Shown: positions 52,456-61,782 of the stretch, piece by piece
Position numbering within the stretch: position 1 is the stretch's first letter
Layout of the letters: every line of letters starts with the position of its first letter
Source of the DNA: an uncultured archaeon
GTDB taxonomy: Archaea; Asgardarchaeota; Lokiarchaeia; Sigyniarchaeales; SOKP01
DNA length: 64,000 nucleotides
Direction: 5' to 3'
NCBI GenBank assembly: GCA_964525635.1
Contig: CAZGJX010000004.1
Span: 1-64,000, forward strand
Position numbers and translations under genes: made by a program
Notes under the pieces: model-generated
What the model was told of the DNA's origin: nothing
Databases searched by the model: none
What the model saw: the letters and a program-made list of their open reading frames with translations, nothing else

Positions 52456-54873
52456 ATGAAAGAACAAATTCAAAAAAAGAATGTTTTATTATATTGTGAA
52501 AACTGTGGTGTAAGAATAGATGATATAGATCTAAATAATAATATTTTGGAGAATAATAGTTTATTTTGTCAATATTGTGGGATTGAAATAGATATCAATA
52601 TTGACTCTTACACCTCCTTTAAATCGTCTAAACACGAAAATGACAAAGATAGAAATAATTATGATACTCCGTTGGAGAGAATTCTATATGACACAAAATT
52701 ACCAAATAATTTTAAGCAAAATTTGATTATTGTAATAGCCCGGTTATCCTATGAACCAATAAGAGAATTTGAACAAATACTAAATAAAAAGATTAGAAAT
52801 ATTAAATTAACAAAGGAACTATTAGACAAGTTGGAAAGTGTAATAAAACCTATAACTTACAAAGAAATTCGTCAAAATTACCTTAAGAATCTCTATAAAA
52901 ATATGAAAATAGAAGATTTTAACCATTTTCATACCCTTCTGAAGGAGAATCTAAAACTTAATCCTAATTATGAACATGATTTTATTATATTTTTAAGGTG
53001 GATTATTTTTCAAGTTTTTACAATCATAAAGAAAAAATGGAATAATAAGGGGATTTCTAGTTTCCATAAAATCGTTAGAGAGGATTTAAAGAAATTTTTT
53101 AATGTAGATCATGAAAACATTAATAAAAATAATTTAAAAATCAATTCAAGGATGATTAAAATTATGGTAATTTTGGAGGAAAATTTTGAAAGATTTTATA
53201 GTGTTTCTGATTTAGCTGATGAAATAAAAGCAGACCGTGCTAATATTGCGAAAGATCTTAATTATTTATTAAAACATAATTTAGTTGATTACAGATATGA
53301 AGGAAAAAGAAAATTATGGAAAGCTATAAAAAAAATACCGAAAAATGAAAAAATTCAACATATATCTGTTGATAAACTAAAAGAACTCTATGTAGAATTA
53401 TGGAGTTTTAAAAAGATAGCAAGATTTTTGGAAAATCAAGGTTTTAGCAAAATATATCATCCAACAACCATTGATAAAAAAATTAGAGAATCATTTCATT
53501 CAATAGAAGAGTATGAAAAATGGAAAAATGAATTTAAAGTTAATAAATTAATTGAAATTGCTAAATTAAAAGGTGGTAAATTTTTAGGAAATAAATATCT
53601 TGGGATGAAAACAACACATATTTTTTATTGTGAAAAACATAAAAGAAATTTTAATATTACTCCTGATTGTTTGATTAATCGGGGACAATGGTGTCCAAAA
53701 TGTGGACATGAAAAAGCAGGAAAAAAACAGAGATTAAAAATTGAAAATTTAGAAAAAATCATTAAAAAGAGAGGGGGTAAATTAATTTCAAAAACTTATG
53801 GAAAAGATCAATGTGATCCTATTATAATCGAATGTAAAATGCGACATAAATTTTCAATTTTACCTAAGACATTAAAGAGAGGTGCTTGGTGTGATATATG
53901 TTCTTCAGGAATCAATGAAAATATTACCAGAAAGATGTTCGAATATATATTTAATGTTAAATTTCCAAAAAGTACTCCAAAATGGTTAATAACAAAAAAG
54001 GGATTTCAAATGCATCTTGATGGATATAGTAAACAATTGAATATTGCTTTTGAATTTCAAGGAAAACAACATTATCTATATCATTCCTATTTTCATAAAA
54101 ATGAAGATGCTTTTCATAAACAACAAAAAACGGATCTATTAAAACGAAAACTATGCAAAGAAAACAAGGTTAAATTAATTGAAGTACCATATTTTATAAA
54201 AAAAAAAGACCGATTTATTTATATTATTGATGAATGTAAAAAAAGAAATATTAAAATAAGAAAGGATCTTGAACCTAAAAATTGGAATGATTTTAAAATT
54301 TATCTACCAGAAAAATATGAGAGATATAAGAAAATGGCAAATTCATTCGGTTTTGATCTAGTTTCTGGAACTTACAGAGGATTTTACCAAAAAGTTACTT
54401 TAATATGCCAAACCTGTAACATTAATTTATATGTAACTCCTAATTTAATACAAAGAAAAGTCAGGGAAGAAAAAATATTAGAATGTCCTAATTGTAAGTT
54501 TACCAAAAATATAAAGAAAATAATTGATAAAATTCAAGATAAAAATGGTAGACCTATTAAATTCAAATTTAAGGGTAAGGATAAAAGACTTTATTTTCTC
54601 ATTGAATGTATGATATGTAATTATCAATGGTGGTTGAGGGATGATGCAATAATGGGAGATGTATCTTGGTGCCCTAAATGTTCTGGTAAAGAAAAAAGAA
54701 CAATAGAACGAATAAATAAATTCGCTAATCGATTTGATGGTAGATGTATAAATAGAGAATATTTTAATAAACATACATATTTTACATTTCAATGCAATAA
54801 ATGTAACCACCAATGGAAATCAACATATGATATGATGAAAAAAAGAAAATATTTTTGTCCTGCATGCAAATAA
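52456..54873 (+). CDS. multi-Zn-ribbon putative endonuclease with winged-helix domain
   Basis: Repeated WCPKC/WCDIC modules; LDGYSKQLNIAFEFQGKQHY...KRKLCKENKVKLIEVPY nuclease-like motif; SVSDLADEIKADRANIAKDLNYL HTH. Confidence 0.7.
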   Translation: MKEQIQKKNVLLYCENCGVRIDDIDLNNNILENNSLFCQYCGIEIDINIDSYTSFKSSKHENDKDRNNYDTPLERILYDTKLPNNFKQNLIIVIARLSYEPIREFEQILNKKIRNIKLTKELLDKLESVIKPITYKEIRQNYLKNLYKNMKIEDFNHFHTLLKENLKLNPNYEHDFIIFLRWIIFQVFTIIKKKWNNKGISSFHKIVREDLKKFFNVDHENINKNNLKINSRMIKIMVILEENFERFYSVSDLADEIKADRANIAKDLNYLLKHNLVDYRYEGKRKLWKAIKKIPKNEKIQHISVDKLKELYVELWSFKKIARFLENQGFSKIYHPTTIDKKIRESFHSIEEYEKWKNEFKVNKLIEIAKLKGGKFLGNKYLGMKTTHIFYCEKHKRNFNITPDCLINRGQWCPKCGHEKAGKKQRLKIENLEKIIKKRGGKLISKTYGKDQCDPIIIECKMRHKFSILPKTLKRGAWCDICSSGINENITRKMFEYIFNVKFPKSTPKWLITKKGFQMHLDGYSKQLNIAFEFQGKQHYLYHSYFHKNEDAFHKQQKTDLLKRKLCKENKVKLIEVPYFIKKKDRFIYIIDECKKRNIKIRKDLEPKNWNDFKIYLPEKYERYKKMANSFGFDLVSGTYRGFYQKVTLICQTCNINLYVTPNLIQRKVREEKILECPNCKFTKNIKKIIDKIQDKNGRPIKFKFKGKDKRLYFLIECMICNYQWWLRDDAIMGDVSWCPKCSGKEKRTIERINKFANRFDGRCINREYFNKHTYFTFQCNKCNHQWKSTYDMMKKRKYFCPACK

Positions 54874-54883
54874 TTTAATTTTT

Positions 54884-56029
54884 TTAATCATTATCTCCTC
54901 TAGCAGAGACTAAGGCTTCTACTAGTATACTGCCTATGCTAATGAATATGGGCACTTCAACTCTGACAAGCTCCCCGAGGATCCAGCGGTTGATATCCTT
55001 AATGAGAAACCGTATTTGAGAGATTAGATTCTTTCTTACATCAGAATCAAGGATCTTAGTTAACCATAACCCTCCTCCTAATCGATAAGCGATTATTTTA
55101 ATTAAAGGATCAAATAAATCATCTAATACTTGTTTCATCATCCAAGATTTTGGAATCACACTCATGTTATTTTCATTAAATGAAGGATCTCTAAGAAGAG
55201 GATTATTTTCGTCTACAGATATTTTGGGCATAAAACTAAGTAGGAGGATTAAAGCAAATATAGCAGAAATACCGTTTATTGTATATTCTCCTCCAATTTT
55301 ATCCAAGTTTTCACGATTTATTGCGGTATTCGCTAAAAACATACAAATAAAGATATTTCGATCAAAATCCTCAGAAACATAAGCATAGCCTAATTTTTCA
55401 TCTATAATAAGATATTTCTCTTCCAGAATGTATAAAATTTCATCTGGAAATGTATAAAATGTATAAACTTTTTCTTCACTTCTACGTTTATCTTTTTCAA
55501 CAATTAATTCTTTTGATACTAATCCAAATAGTTCTACAAGATTATCTAATTGTTTTTTAATATTTTTTTTTGGTTTATTTGGATCTCCGAACATAGCATA
55601 AAATTGATGATCGACAATATGAAAATCATTTCTACTACTAAATGCTTCTACCATTCTGTCAATAATTGGTATTTGTGTTCCTGAAGCAATTGCTTTTGCT
55701 TTTGATGTAATAAAGCCATTAATTAATTCATTTATAATAAAATCTTGTTCATGAGTTCTTGATTTTAAAATATTTTTAAAAGCTTCAGTAAAATCAAGTG
55801 TATTGGGAAAAAAAGCGTTCTGAATTTTATCATCAATAGCTTTTTTAAATATATCTCCTTCATTTTTAGGAAAATGCGTTTTAATATCATTTAACCGCCT
55901 TAAAAGTGCTTCTCTAGAACCAGGTATTTTTTCAATATCTCTTTCTTCTAGTTGTTTGATAGCTTTTTCAATTCCTTTTATAAAATCTTGTATTAGATTT
56001 TTCCAAGTTGGATCTTGCTTTTCAGACAT
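54884..56029 (-). CDS. hypothetical protein
   Basis: 381-aa ORF in a tight three-gene cluster. Confidence 0.75.
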   Translation of the reverse strand: MSEKQDPTWKNLIQDFIKGIEKAIKQLEERDIEKIPGSREALLRRLNDIKTHFPKNEGDIFKKAIDDKIQNAFFPNTLDFTEAFKNILKSRTHEQDFIINELINGFITSKAKAIASGTQIPIIDRMVEAFSSRNDFHIVDHQFYAMFGDPNKPKKNIKKQLDNLVELFGLVSKELIVEKDKRRSEEKVYTFYTFPDEILYILEEKYLIIDEKLGYAYVSEDFDRNIFICMFLANTAINRENLDKIGGEYTINGISAIFALILLLSFMPKISVDENNPLLRDPSFNENNMSVIPKSWMMKQVLDDLFDPLIKIIAYRLGGGLWLTKILDSDVRKNLISQIRFLIKDINRWILGELVRVEVPIFISIGSILVEALVSARGDND

Positions 56030-56045
56030 AATATATTATTAAATT

Positions 56046-57020
56046 TTAATTATTATCAATATCCCAATTCAATTCTTTAGCTAATTTTCTCAAAGCATCA
56101 ATTAGGGGTTTAATTAATTCTTTATTATAAAGATTACTATTTCCTGACCCCTTTTGAGCTTTCCAACCTAATTTTGAACCATTTGCAATTTCATTAATCC
56201 CATATTTTAATACACTTTTGAGATCACGAGTCCACCAATAAAATCTAAGCCATTTTTTATTTGGATTATCTTTTGAGTAGATAACTACCAGTGCTTTCCA
56301 TTCTCCCATTAACCATTTTATAGTTATCCCACTTACAGGTAGATAAAAGTTTATAGGAAAATTCCCTTGAAAGTTTAATTTTAATTCAGATGTGGGAATA
56401 TTAAATATTGGCTGATTATAACCTTCTAAAATTACAATTTCTCCACAATGAGGACATTCATAATGGGATTTTTCTTTTTTCATTTTTTTTTGGCAATTTG
56501 GACATGTGCGATTTTCGATTATCCTATATCTAATTAAATCCAGTTTGTTATCTCTTATTATTTCATCTTCTTTTTTTGATTTATTTTCCTTAAATTTCCC
56601 TTTAAAAGTCCAAAAATCATCGAAATCTTTATTTATACGTTCTAATGATTTAATAAGATTAATTAATACCTCTTCTTCATATATTTTTATCATTCCAGCG
56701 TGTTGATAGAAGGATTTTTTCCACCATGATAATCTTATGTATTTTTCACTTTCTAAATAAGTGCTATGGCAAATCAAAACTGCAAACATCCTCGTTTCTG
56801 TTTTATTTATAATTAGACCTTTTTCACATACTTCATAATCAGAATTGAGGGAAGCAGTTCGATGAAAATATTCTCCATCTTGAAAATCGCCCTTCTCCAG
56901 TTTTTTCGTTTCTATTTCCTTCTTTTCCTTAATATCTCTAGTAATTTTTTTACATTGAGAACATTGATATATTCCTTCAACCAATGGGACCATATCAATA
57001 TTACAAGCGGGACATTTCAT
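56046..57020 (-). CDS. internally duplicated Zn-ribbon protein
   Basis: CPAC..CSQC + KYIRLSWWKK, then CPNC..CPHC + KWLRFYWWTR. Confidence 0.75.
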   Translation of the reverse strand: MKCPACNIDMVPLVEGIYQCSQCKKITRDIKEKKEIETKKLEKGDFQDGEYFHRTASLNSDYEVCEKGLIINKTETRMFAVLICHSTYLESEKYIRLSWWKKSFYQHAGMIKIYEEEVLINLIKSLERINKDFDDFWTFKGKFKENKSKKEDEIIRDNKLDLIRYRIIENRTCPNCQKKMKKEKSHYECPHCGEIVILEGYNQPIFNIPTSELKLNFQGNFPINFYLPVSGITIKWLMGEWKALVVIYSKDNPNKKWLRFYWWTRDLKSVLKYGINEIANGSKLGWKAQKGSGNSNLYNKELIKPLIDALRKLAKELNWDIDNN

Positions 57021-57031
57021 AATTTACATCT

Positions 57032-58126
57032 TTAGCTGTTTGTTAAGAGAAATCTTTCATAATCTAAATTTAAAAGTTTAACTTGCTTTTTTGTTAATGT
57101 TTTTATAATTTTATTGATATCTATTATCTTTTCTCTTAGAGAAATTAAATCATTTTTTATTTTATCATGAATATTATCTTCATTGAAGGATATTTTTTCA
57201 ATAAATTCTAAATAGCTATTTTTTCTATTTTTCCCTGTATAATTATTTCTAATTGATTCTAGCTCTTGATCAATATTATCCATTTTGTATCTAAATTTTA
57301 ATATTTGAATAAGTTTTGAGTGCCATTCTTTAAAGATTTTCTCATTTTTATCTATTTTATCAAATTCAAATTTATCTGAGAGAGAGATTTTTTCATCTTT
57401 TAGATGTTTTACTATATCTTTATTTTCTTCAATTGATTTATTGATTTTTTTTTTGATATTTTTTTTATTTAATGTAGGATCGTAAATATCTATAAATTCT
57501 AATATTTTATCAAAAATCTCTTTAAATCTATAATAAAATCCTTCAATAGTAATCTCTATTTTAATTGCTTGATAAATATTTCCAAATTGGTCTAGGATAT
57601 TATATAAATCATTGGAAAGGGAGTAATCATTTTCTCCAATTTGAAAAATAAAAGAATGAATCATACCAGAATGTTCACACCTTACACTTTTTAATCTTGT
57701 TAATGCTAGATTAAAATTCCTTCTAGTTAAATGTTTGAATTTCTTATTTATCATTAAAAAAAGGGTATCATCAGGGATTAAAATCATATCCTCTTCGATT
57801 GTAATTGTTTCTTCTCCTAATTTTATTTGGAAATCTCCATCTTTTTGTTCAAATTCCTTTATATTTCTAATATTTTTCATTAAACCTAAATCTATAGCAA
57901 TTTCAATGAAATCTTCATTCCAAAATTTTAATATATTATTTTTATAAATTTCATCAAGAATTAGCACCCTTTCATAGGATTCTGTGATTTGTTTATCTGT
58001 TAAGTCTTTAAAAAGATCATTTCTTACAATATATTGAAAAAGAATAATATATCTCATATTAATATCATCAAGAATTCGATTAATCAAATCCTTGTCATAT
58101 TCTAATGATAATTTATTATGCTCCAT
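57032..58126 (-). CDS. hypothetical protein with C-terminal coiled coils
   Basis: 364-aa ORF; GAGG upstream of ATG. Confidence 0.75.
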   Translation of the reverse strand: MEHNKLSLEYDKDLINRILDDINMRYIILFQYIVRNDLFKDLTDKQITESYERVLILDEIYKNNILKFWNEDFIEIAIDLGLMKNIRNIKEFEQKDGDFQIKLGEETITIEEDMILIPDDTLFLMINKKFKHLTRRNFNLALTRLKSVRCEHSGMIHSFIFQIGENDYSLSNDLYNILDQFGNIYQAIKIEITIEGFYYRFKEIFDKILEFIDIYDPTLNKKNIKKKINKSIEENKDIVKHLKDEKISLSDKFEFDKIDKNEKIFKEWHSKLIQILKFRYKMDNIDQELESIRNNYTGKNRKNSYLEFIEKISFNEDNIHDKIKNDLISLREKIIDINKIIKTLTKKQVKLLNLDYERFLLTNS

Positions 58127-58553
58127 ACCTATTATCCTCTATTATTTGGTAATATCATAAATATTTCAACCAAAAAGAGTATCTAGAGAAATAAATCACT
58201 CCTAAAAAATTTTATGATGATTGATAGTAAAATCTTGGATATTTTAACATTTGTTTTCATGAAATAATATGCCAGTTTCAACATCAATATGCACCACACT
58301 ACCCAATTAATATTAAAAGTATGGTTATATTTAGAAAATTTCTATCTCTTAGAAATTTTTTATCCTCTATCTTATAGGTTTTTTTTAGAGAAGGAATAAG
58401 ATGTTATATTTAAAAAAAAAGGAAAAATAAAAGAATCAGAGTAATAGAATGAACTAGAAAAATATTTAAGATTTAGCTTCTTTTATTTAATTAGCTATTT
58501 TTGTGAAATAAAACAATTATTTAATTCAATAAATCAAAAATTAGGTGATAGAT

Positions 58554-59168
58554 ATAGGTAGACGAAAGAGAAAACAACAAACTTATAAGAGGATTAAAAA
58601 GTTACCTAAGATTTTCACTTGCCCACAATGATATTTGGATTTACCAAATATTGAGGAATGTGGTGAGAAATCTGTTAAAGTTGAAAATGTTAAAAAACAA
58701 AATGGGTTTGCAAAAGTGAAATGTGGTCATTGTAGTTTGGAAAAGGAAGTATTAATTAATTCGATTTCAGAACCTGTTGATGCTTTTGGTGATTTTATTG
58801 ATATTTACTATGCTGATACTGAACTTCAGAGATTGGAAAAGGGTATTTCTAAATTAAAAGAAAATAATGAATGGGGAGAACTTGGTTTAGCTTATTCTTT
58901 ATTATCGAATTTATGCAGAATTAAAGCCGCTCAACTTTTAGAAGAAGAGGAGGATGTTGATATGAATGAAGTTACTGAATGGAAAACTAAGGGGGAAAAA
59001 TATAAAAGATTAGAAAAGGATGCTTTATTAAAATTAGAAACTGAAGAATTAGAAGAAGGGATCAAAACTGATGAAGACTCTTTATTTTCAGAACATGATG
59101 AAAGTGATATTCGTAAAAAGCGTGATATTGAAGATGTTTTCGAAGATCCAGGTTTTTTAGAATTTTAA
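58554..59168 (+). CDS. elf1: transcription elongation factor Elf1 with C-terminal extension, split by a 30-nt insert (194 aa spliced)
   Basis: (M)GRRKRK..KKLPKIFTCPQ^CGEKSVKV..AKVKCGHCSL..EPVDAFGDFIDIY; ATA start after AGGTGA. Confidence 0.88.
58628..58657 (+). other. 30-nt putative relaxed-BHB mRNA intron in elf1
   Basis: Hairpin ATATTTGG-ATTTA-CCAAATAT; candidate bulges CA^A and GA^A; in-frame TGA; exact ends ambiguous because of the AATG direct repeat. Confidence 0.7.
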
Positions 59169-59187
59169 TTATATTACCTTTTATTAA

Positions 59188-60942
59188 TTATTTAGAATTG
59201 GTAAAAAGTATTTTCTTTATATCATTAGGAATATGTTTCCATATTGACAGATTTAAAATAAAATCAAAGATTTCGTGTTTATTTAATCCTTTATTAATAA
59301 TATAAAATGCCCAGTTATTAAATGCTAATTTATTAAAATATTTAATTAAGTTTAAACCAATTAAATTATATTTTGAGGTTAAAAATTTCGCTAAATATGC
59401 CCATATTAATCTTTTCGGTGGAATTGCTTCCGGATAAACTGATTCTGATAAGGGTCTAGAGAATATTTCATAAATAGCAATAATTGGTATCAGTTGTATT
59501 ATATATTTTTTTATTATTTCTTTATAATTTTCTTTTTCTGGGGGAATATCATTAATTTTATTAAGTGTATTGGTAGCATATTTAAAAAAACGTTCTTTAA
59601 AGAATAGCCACATTTTAGCCATTTTATTTCTCAATCCTTTAAAATCTTTTATTAAATCCTTATCTTTGAATTCAAAATCCTCCTTTTCTTCATATAATTC
59701 TATAAAAGTAAGAAAAATAGATTCTGTTGATTTAATTTCATATTCAAATTCATCTAAATTTACAAGTTTTTTGGGAAAATCAAGAATTTTCATAATTTTT
59801 GAAGGTTCATGTATTGTATGAGAATAAAGAGGTGTATTCCATAGTAATTCTTTTAATTTTTCGATTAAGTGTTTATTTTTATGACTTTTTTCAATTTTAT
59901 TGTATTTTATTGGTGTATTTTTTTTTAGAATTGGTAGTTTATTTGATTGATAAAGACGGAATTTTATTTTTTCAATAAATGATAAAGATCTAATCAGATT
60001 CTTACGCTTATTTTTATAAAATAATAATTTTTTATTAAGTAGTTGATTTAGATCCAATATACTTTTGATATATTTATAGAAATCAATTTCAAATTCTTCT
60101 TTTATAAATTCATTATCTATCATTGGTATTTCTAATATGTAATCTATATTCTTATTTATAATACTCATAGCATGATCTCCAATACTATAGGAAAATGTTA
60201 TTTTTTTTAATAGTTCATCCAATGATGAGAATTTACCAAGTATTTTTGATTCATTTGTAAAATAACCATGTACCAATGTATCAATTCCTTTATATACATT
60301 ATTTTTATATTCCGAAATAATAACAGATTCAAATTCCCCTGGATGATGTCGTTTCATATTAAACCTACTTTCTAATCGAAAGATTAATATATTAATCCAA
60401 TGAGATATTTTATAAATCCACTTAAACAATGGATTTAAATATTTAATGAATTTAGGTCTATAACCATAGAAATATGGATGGAAAAAAATCGGAAATCCAA
60501 GACCTCGTGAAGTAGAGAAAATAAATTGAAAAATATGCCTTGTTTCCTCTCCTTTTTGAAATCCAGGAAATTTAAAATGAAATACAACTTGAGGATATAA
60601 AGCATCTATTCCTAAAGTCATCCATGCACTAAAAAGAATAATACTATCAGGGAATCTAAAAGATTTCTTTTTACTAATAAAATCTTCATTTATTTTACTC
60701 AATAGTGAAGGTATACTAAAAAGCCAATCTTTATCATTTTTTATTACTTTTAATTCTTCTCGAAATTTATTTAAAATAGTTGGTTTAATTTGTTCTTGAA
60801 TTTTTTTTTTTTTATAATAAAAATTATTTATAACTCTAATTAATGATAAAATTTCCAAGATTTGCCGATTTAAATCATGTGTTACTTTTATCTTATTTTT
60901 CGTTTCGAAGAGATAATGTTTAGATGACAATGGATTCCTCAA
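59188..60942 (-). CDS. hypothetical protein
   Basis: 584-aa ORF; no family recognised. Confidence 0.7.
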   Translation of the reverse strand: MRNPLSSKHYLFETKNKIKVTHDLNRQILEILSLIRVINNFYYKKKKIQEQIKPTILNKFREELKVIKNDKDWLFSIPSLLSKINEDFISKKKSFRFPDSIILFSAWMTLGIDALYPQVVFHFKFPGFQKGEETRHIFQFIFSTSRGLGFPIFFHPYFYGYRPKFIKYLNPLFKWIYKISHWINILIFRLESRFNMKRHHPGEFESVIISEYKNNVYKGIDTLVHGYFTNESKILGKFSSLDELLKKITFSYSIGDHAMSIINKNIDYILEIPMIDNEFIKEEFEIDFYKYIKSILDLNQLLNKKLLFYKNKRKNLIRSLSFIEKIKFRLYQSNKLPILKKNTPIKYNKIEKSHKNKHLIEKLKELLWNTPLYSHTIHEPSKIMKILDFPKKLVNLDEFEYEIKSTESIFLTFIELYEEKEDFEFKDKDLIKDFKGLRNKMAKMWLFFKERFFKYATNTLNKINDIPPEKENYKEIIKKYIIQLIPIIAIYEIFSRPLSESVYPEAIPPKRLIWAYLAKFLTSKYNLIGLNLIKYFNKLAFNNWAFYIINKGLNKHEIFDFILNLSIWKHIPNDIKKILFTNSK

Positions 60943-61168
60943 CTTAATCCATTTATTAATGATTTCTATTATTAAATGATTTATTAATTGAGGTTAATAA
61001 TATTATGGTATATATAAGGTTATTCGGAATTTCTGGTTAGAATTTAAATATTTTTAATAATATTTATGATATTTTTATTAGTTTAGTTTTAATATTTCGA
61101 ATTATACCTCTTTTTTCAAAACTATATTATAAATAGAGATGAAAAAATAAAAAATGAGTGAATAATAT

Positions 61169-61597
61169 CTAACCTTGACGTCTTTTAGAAAAAAGTTCTT
61201 TAAGTTCTCCCATAATAGCGCCTCTTAGGGAGACAGGACTTGCAGGTCGTGCAGGTTGGGGTCTTCCTGGTCCTCCAGGTGGCCCTCCAGGTCCTCCAGG
61301 TGGTCCTCCAGGTCCTCCAGGCGGTCTTCCTGGCCCTCCAGGTGGCCCTCCGGGTGCTGGTTTAATACTTGGCATACCGGCGGAAGGCATTGATGCTCCT
61401 GATGCCCTTAGATTATTCAATTGTGATTCTAAATTAGACATCTTTTGGTTAATTCCTGCTAATGTTTGATCTACTAAGTCGGGAATTCTTAAAACAATAC
61501 TCATTATTTTTTCTACGATTTCACCAAACGCATTTACTTTCTCTTCTATTGGTGATTTTCTCGCTTCTGCGAGGAAATTTGAAAATTCTTCTGCCAT
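61169..61597 (-). CDS. coiled-coil / Pro-Gly repeat / WH2-like protein
   Basis: N-terminal heptad helix; PPGGPG(G/R) repeats; C-terminal SLRGAIMGELKELFSKRR. Confidence 0.75.
   Translation of the reverse strand: MAEEFSNFLAEARKSPIEEKVNAFGEIVEKIMSIVLRIPDLVDQTLAGINQKMSNLESQLNNLRASGASMPSAGMPSIKPAPGGPPGGPGRPPGGPGGPPGGPGGPPGGPGRPQPARPASPVSLRGAIMGELKELFSKRRQG
61262..61354 (-). repeat. imperfect 21-nt coding tandem repeat (PPGGPGG/R, about four copies)
   Basis: Recurrent CCTCCAGGTGGYCCTCCAGGT on the + strand; GC-rich island. Confidence 0.85.
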
Positions 61598-61782
61598 ATA
61601 AATATAAAGCCTCTTTTATTGATAATAGTTATGAATTTAAAATAAAATATTTCTGATTATTATAATAAATATAAAGTTAAATTTATTAAATTTAAGTTAA
61701 TTGATTTAAATTTCATATCAAGAGTATAAAAAACTTATTATTATAATAGAAAAAAAATATATTGTAATTTAAATAAGATTTA

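Noticed and set aside
61262-61354. GC-rich repeats as a CRISPR array or collagen-like tract
   Set aside because: No spacers; the repeats are coding with 7-residue periodicity, not Gly-X-Y. No CRISPR array or cas gene was seen in the window.
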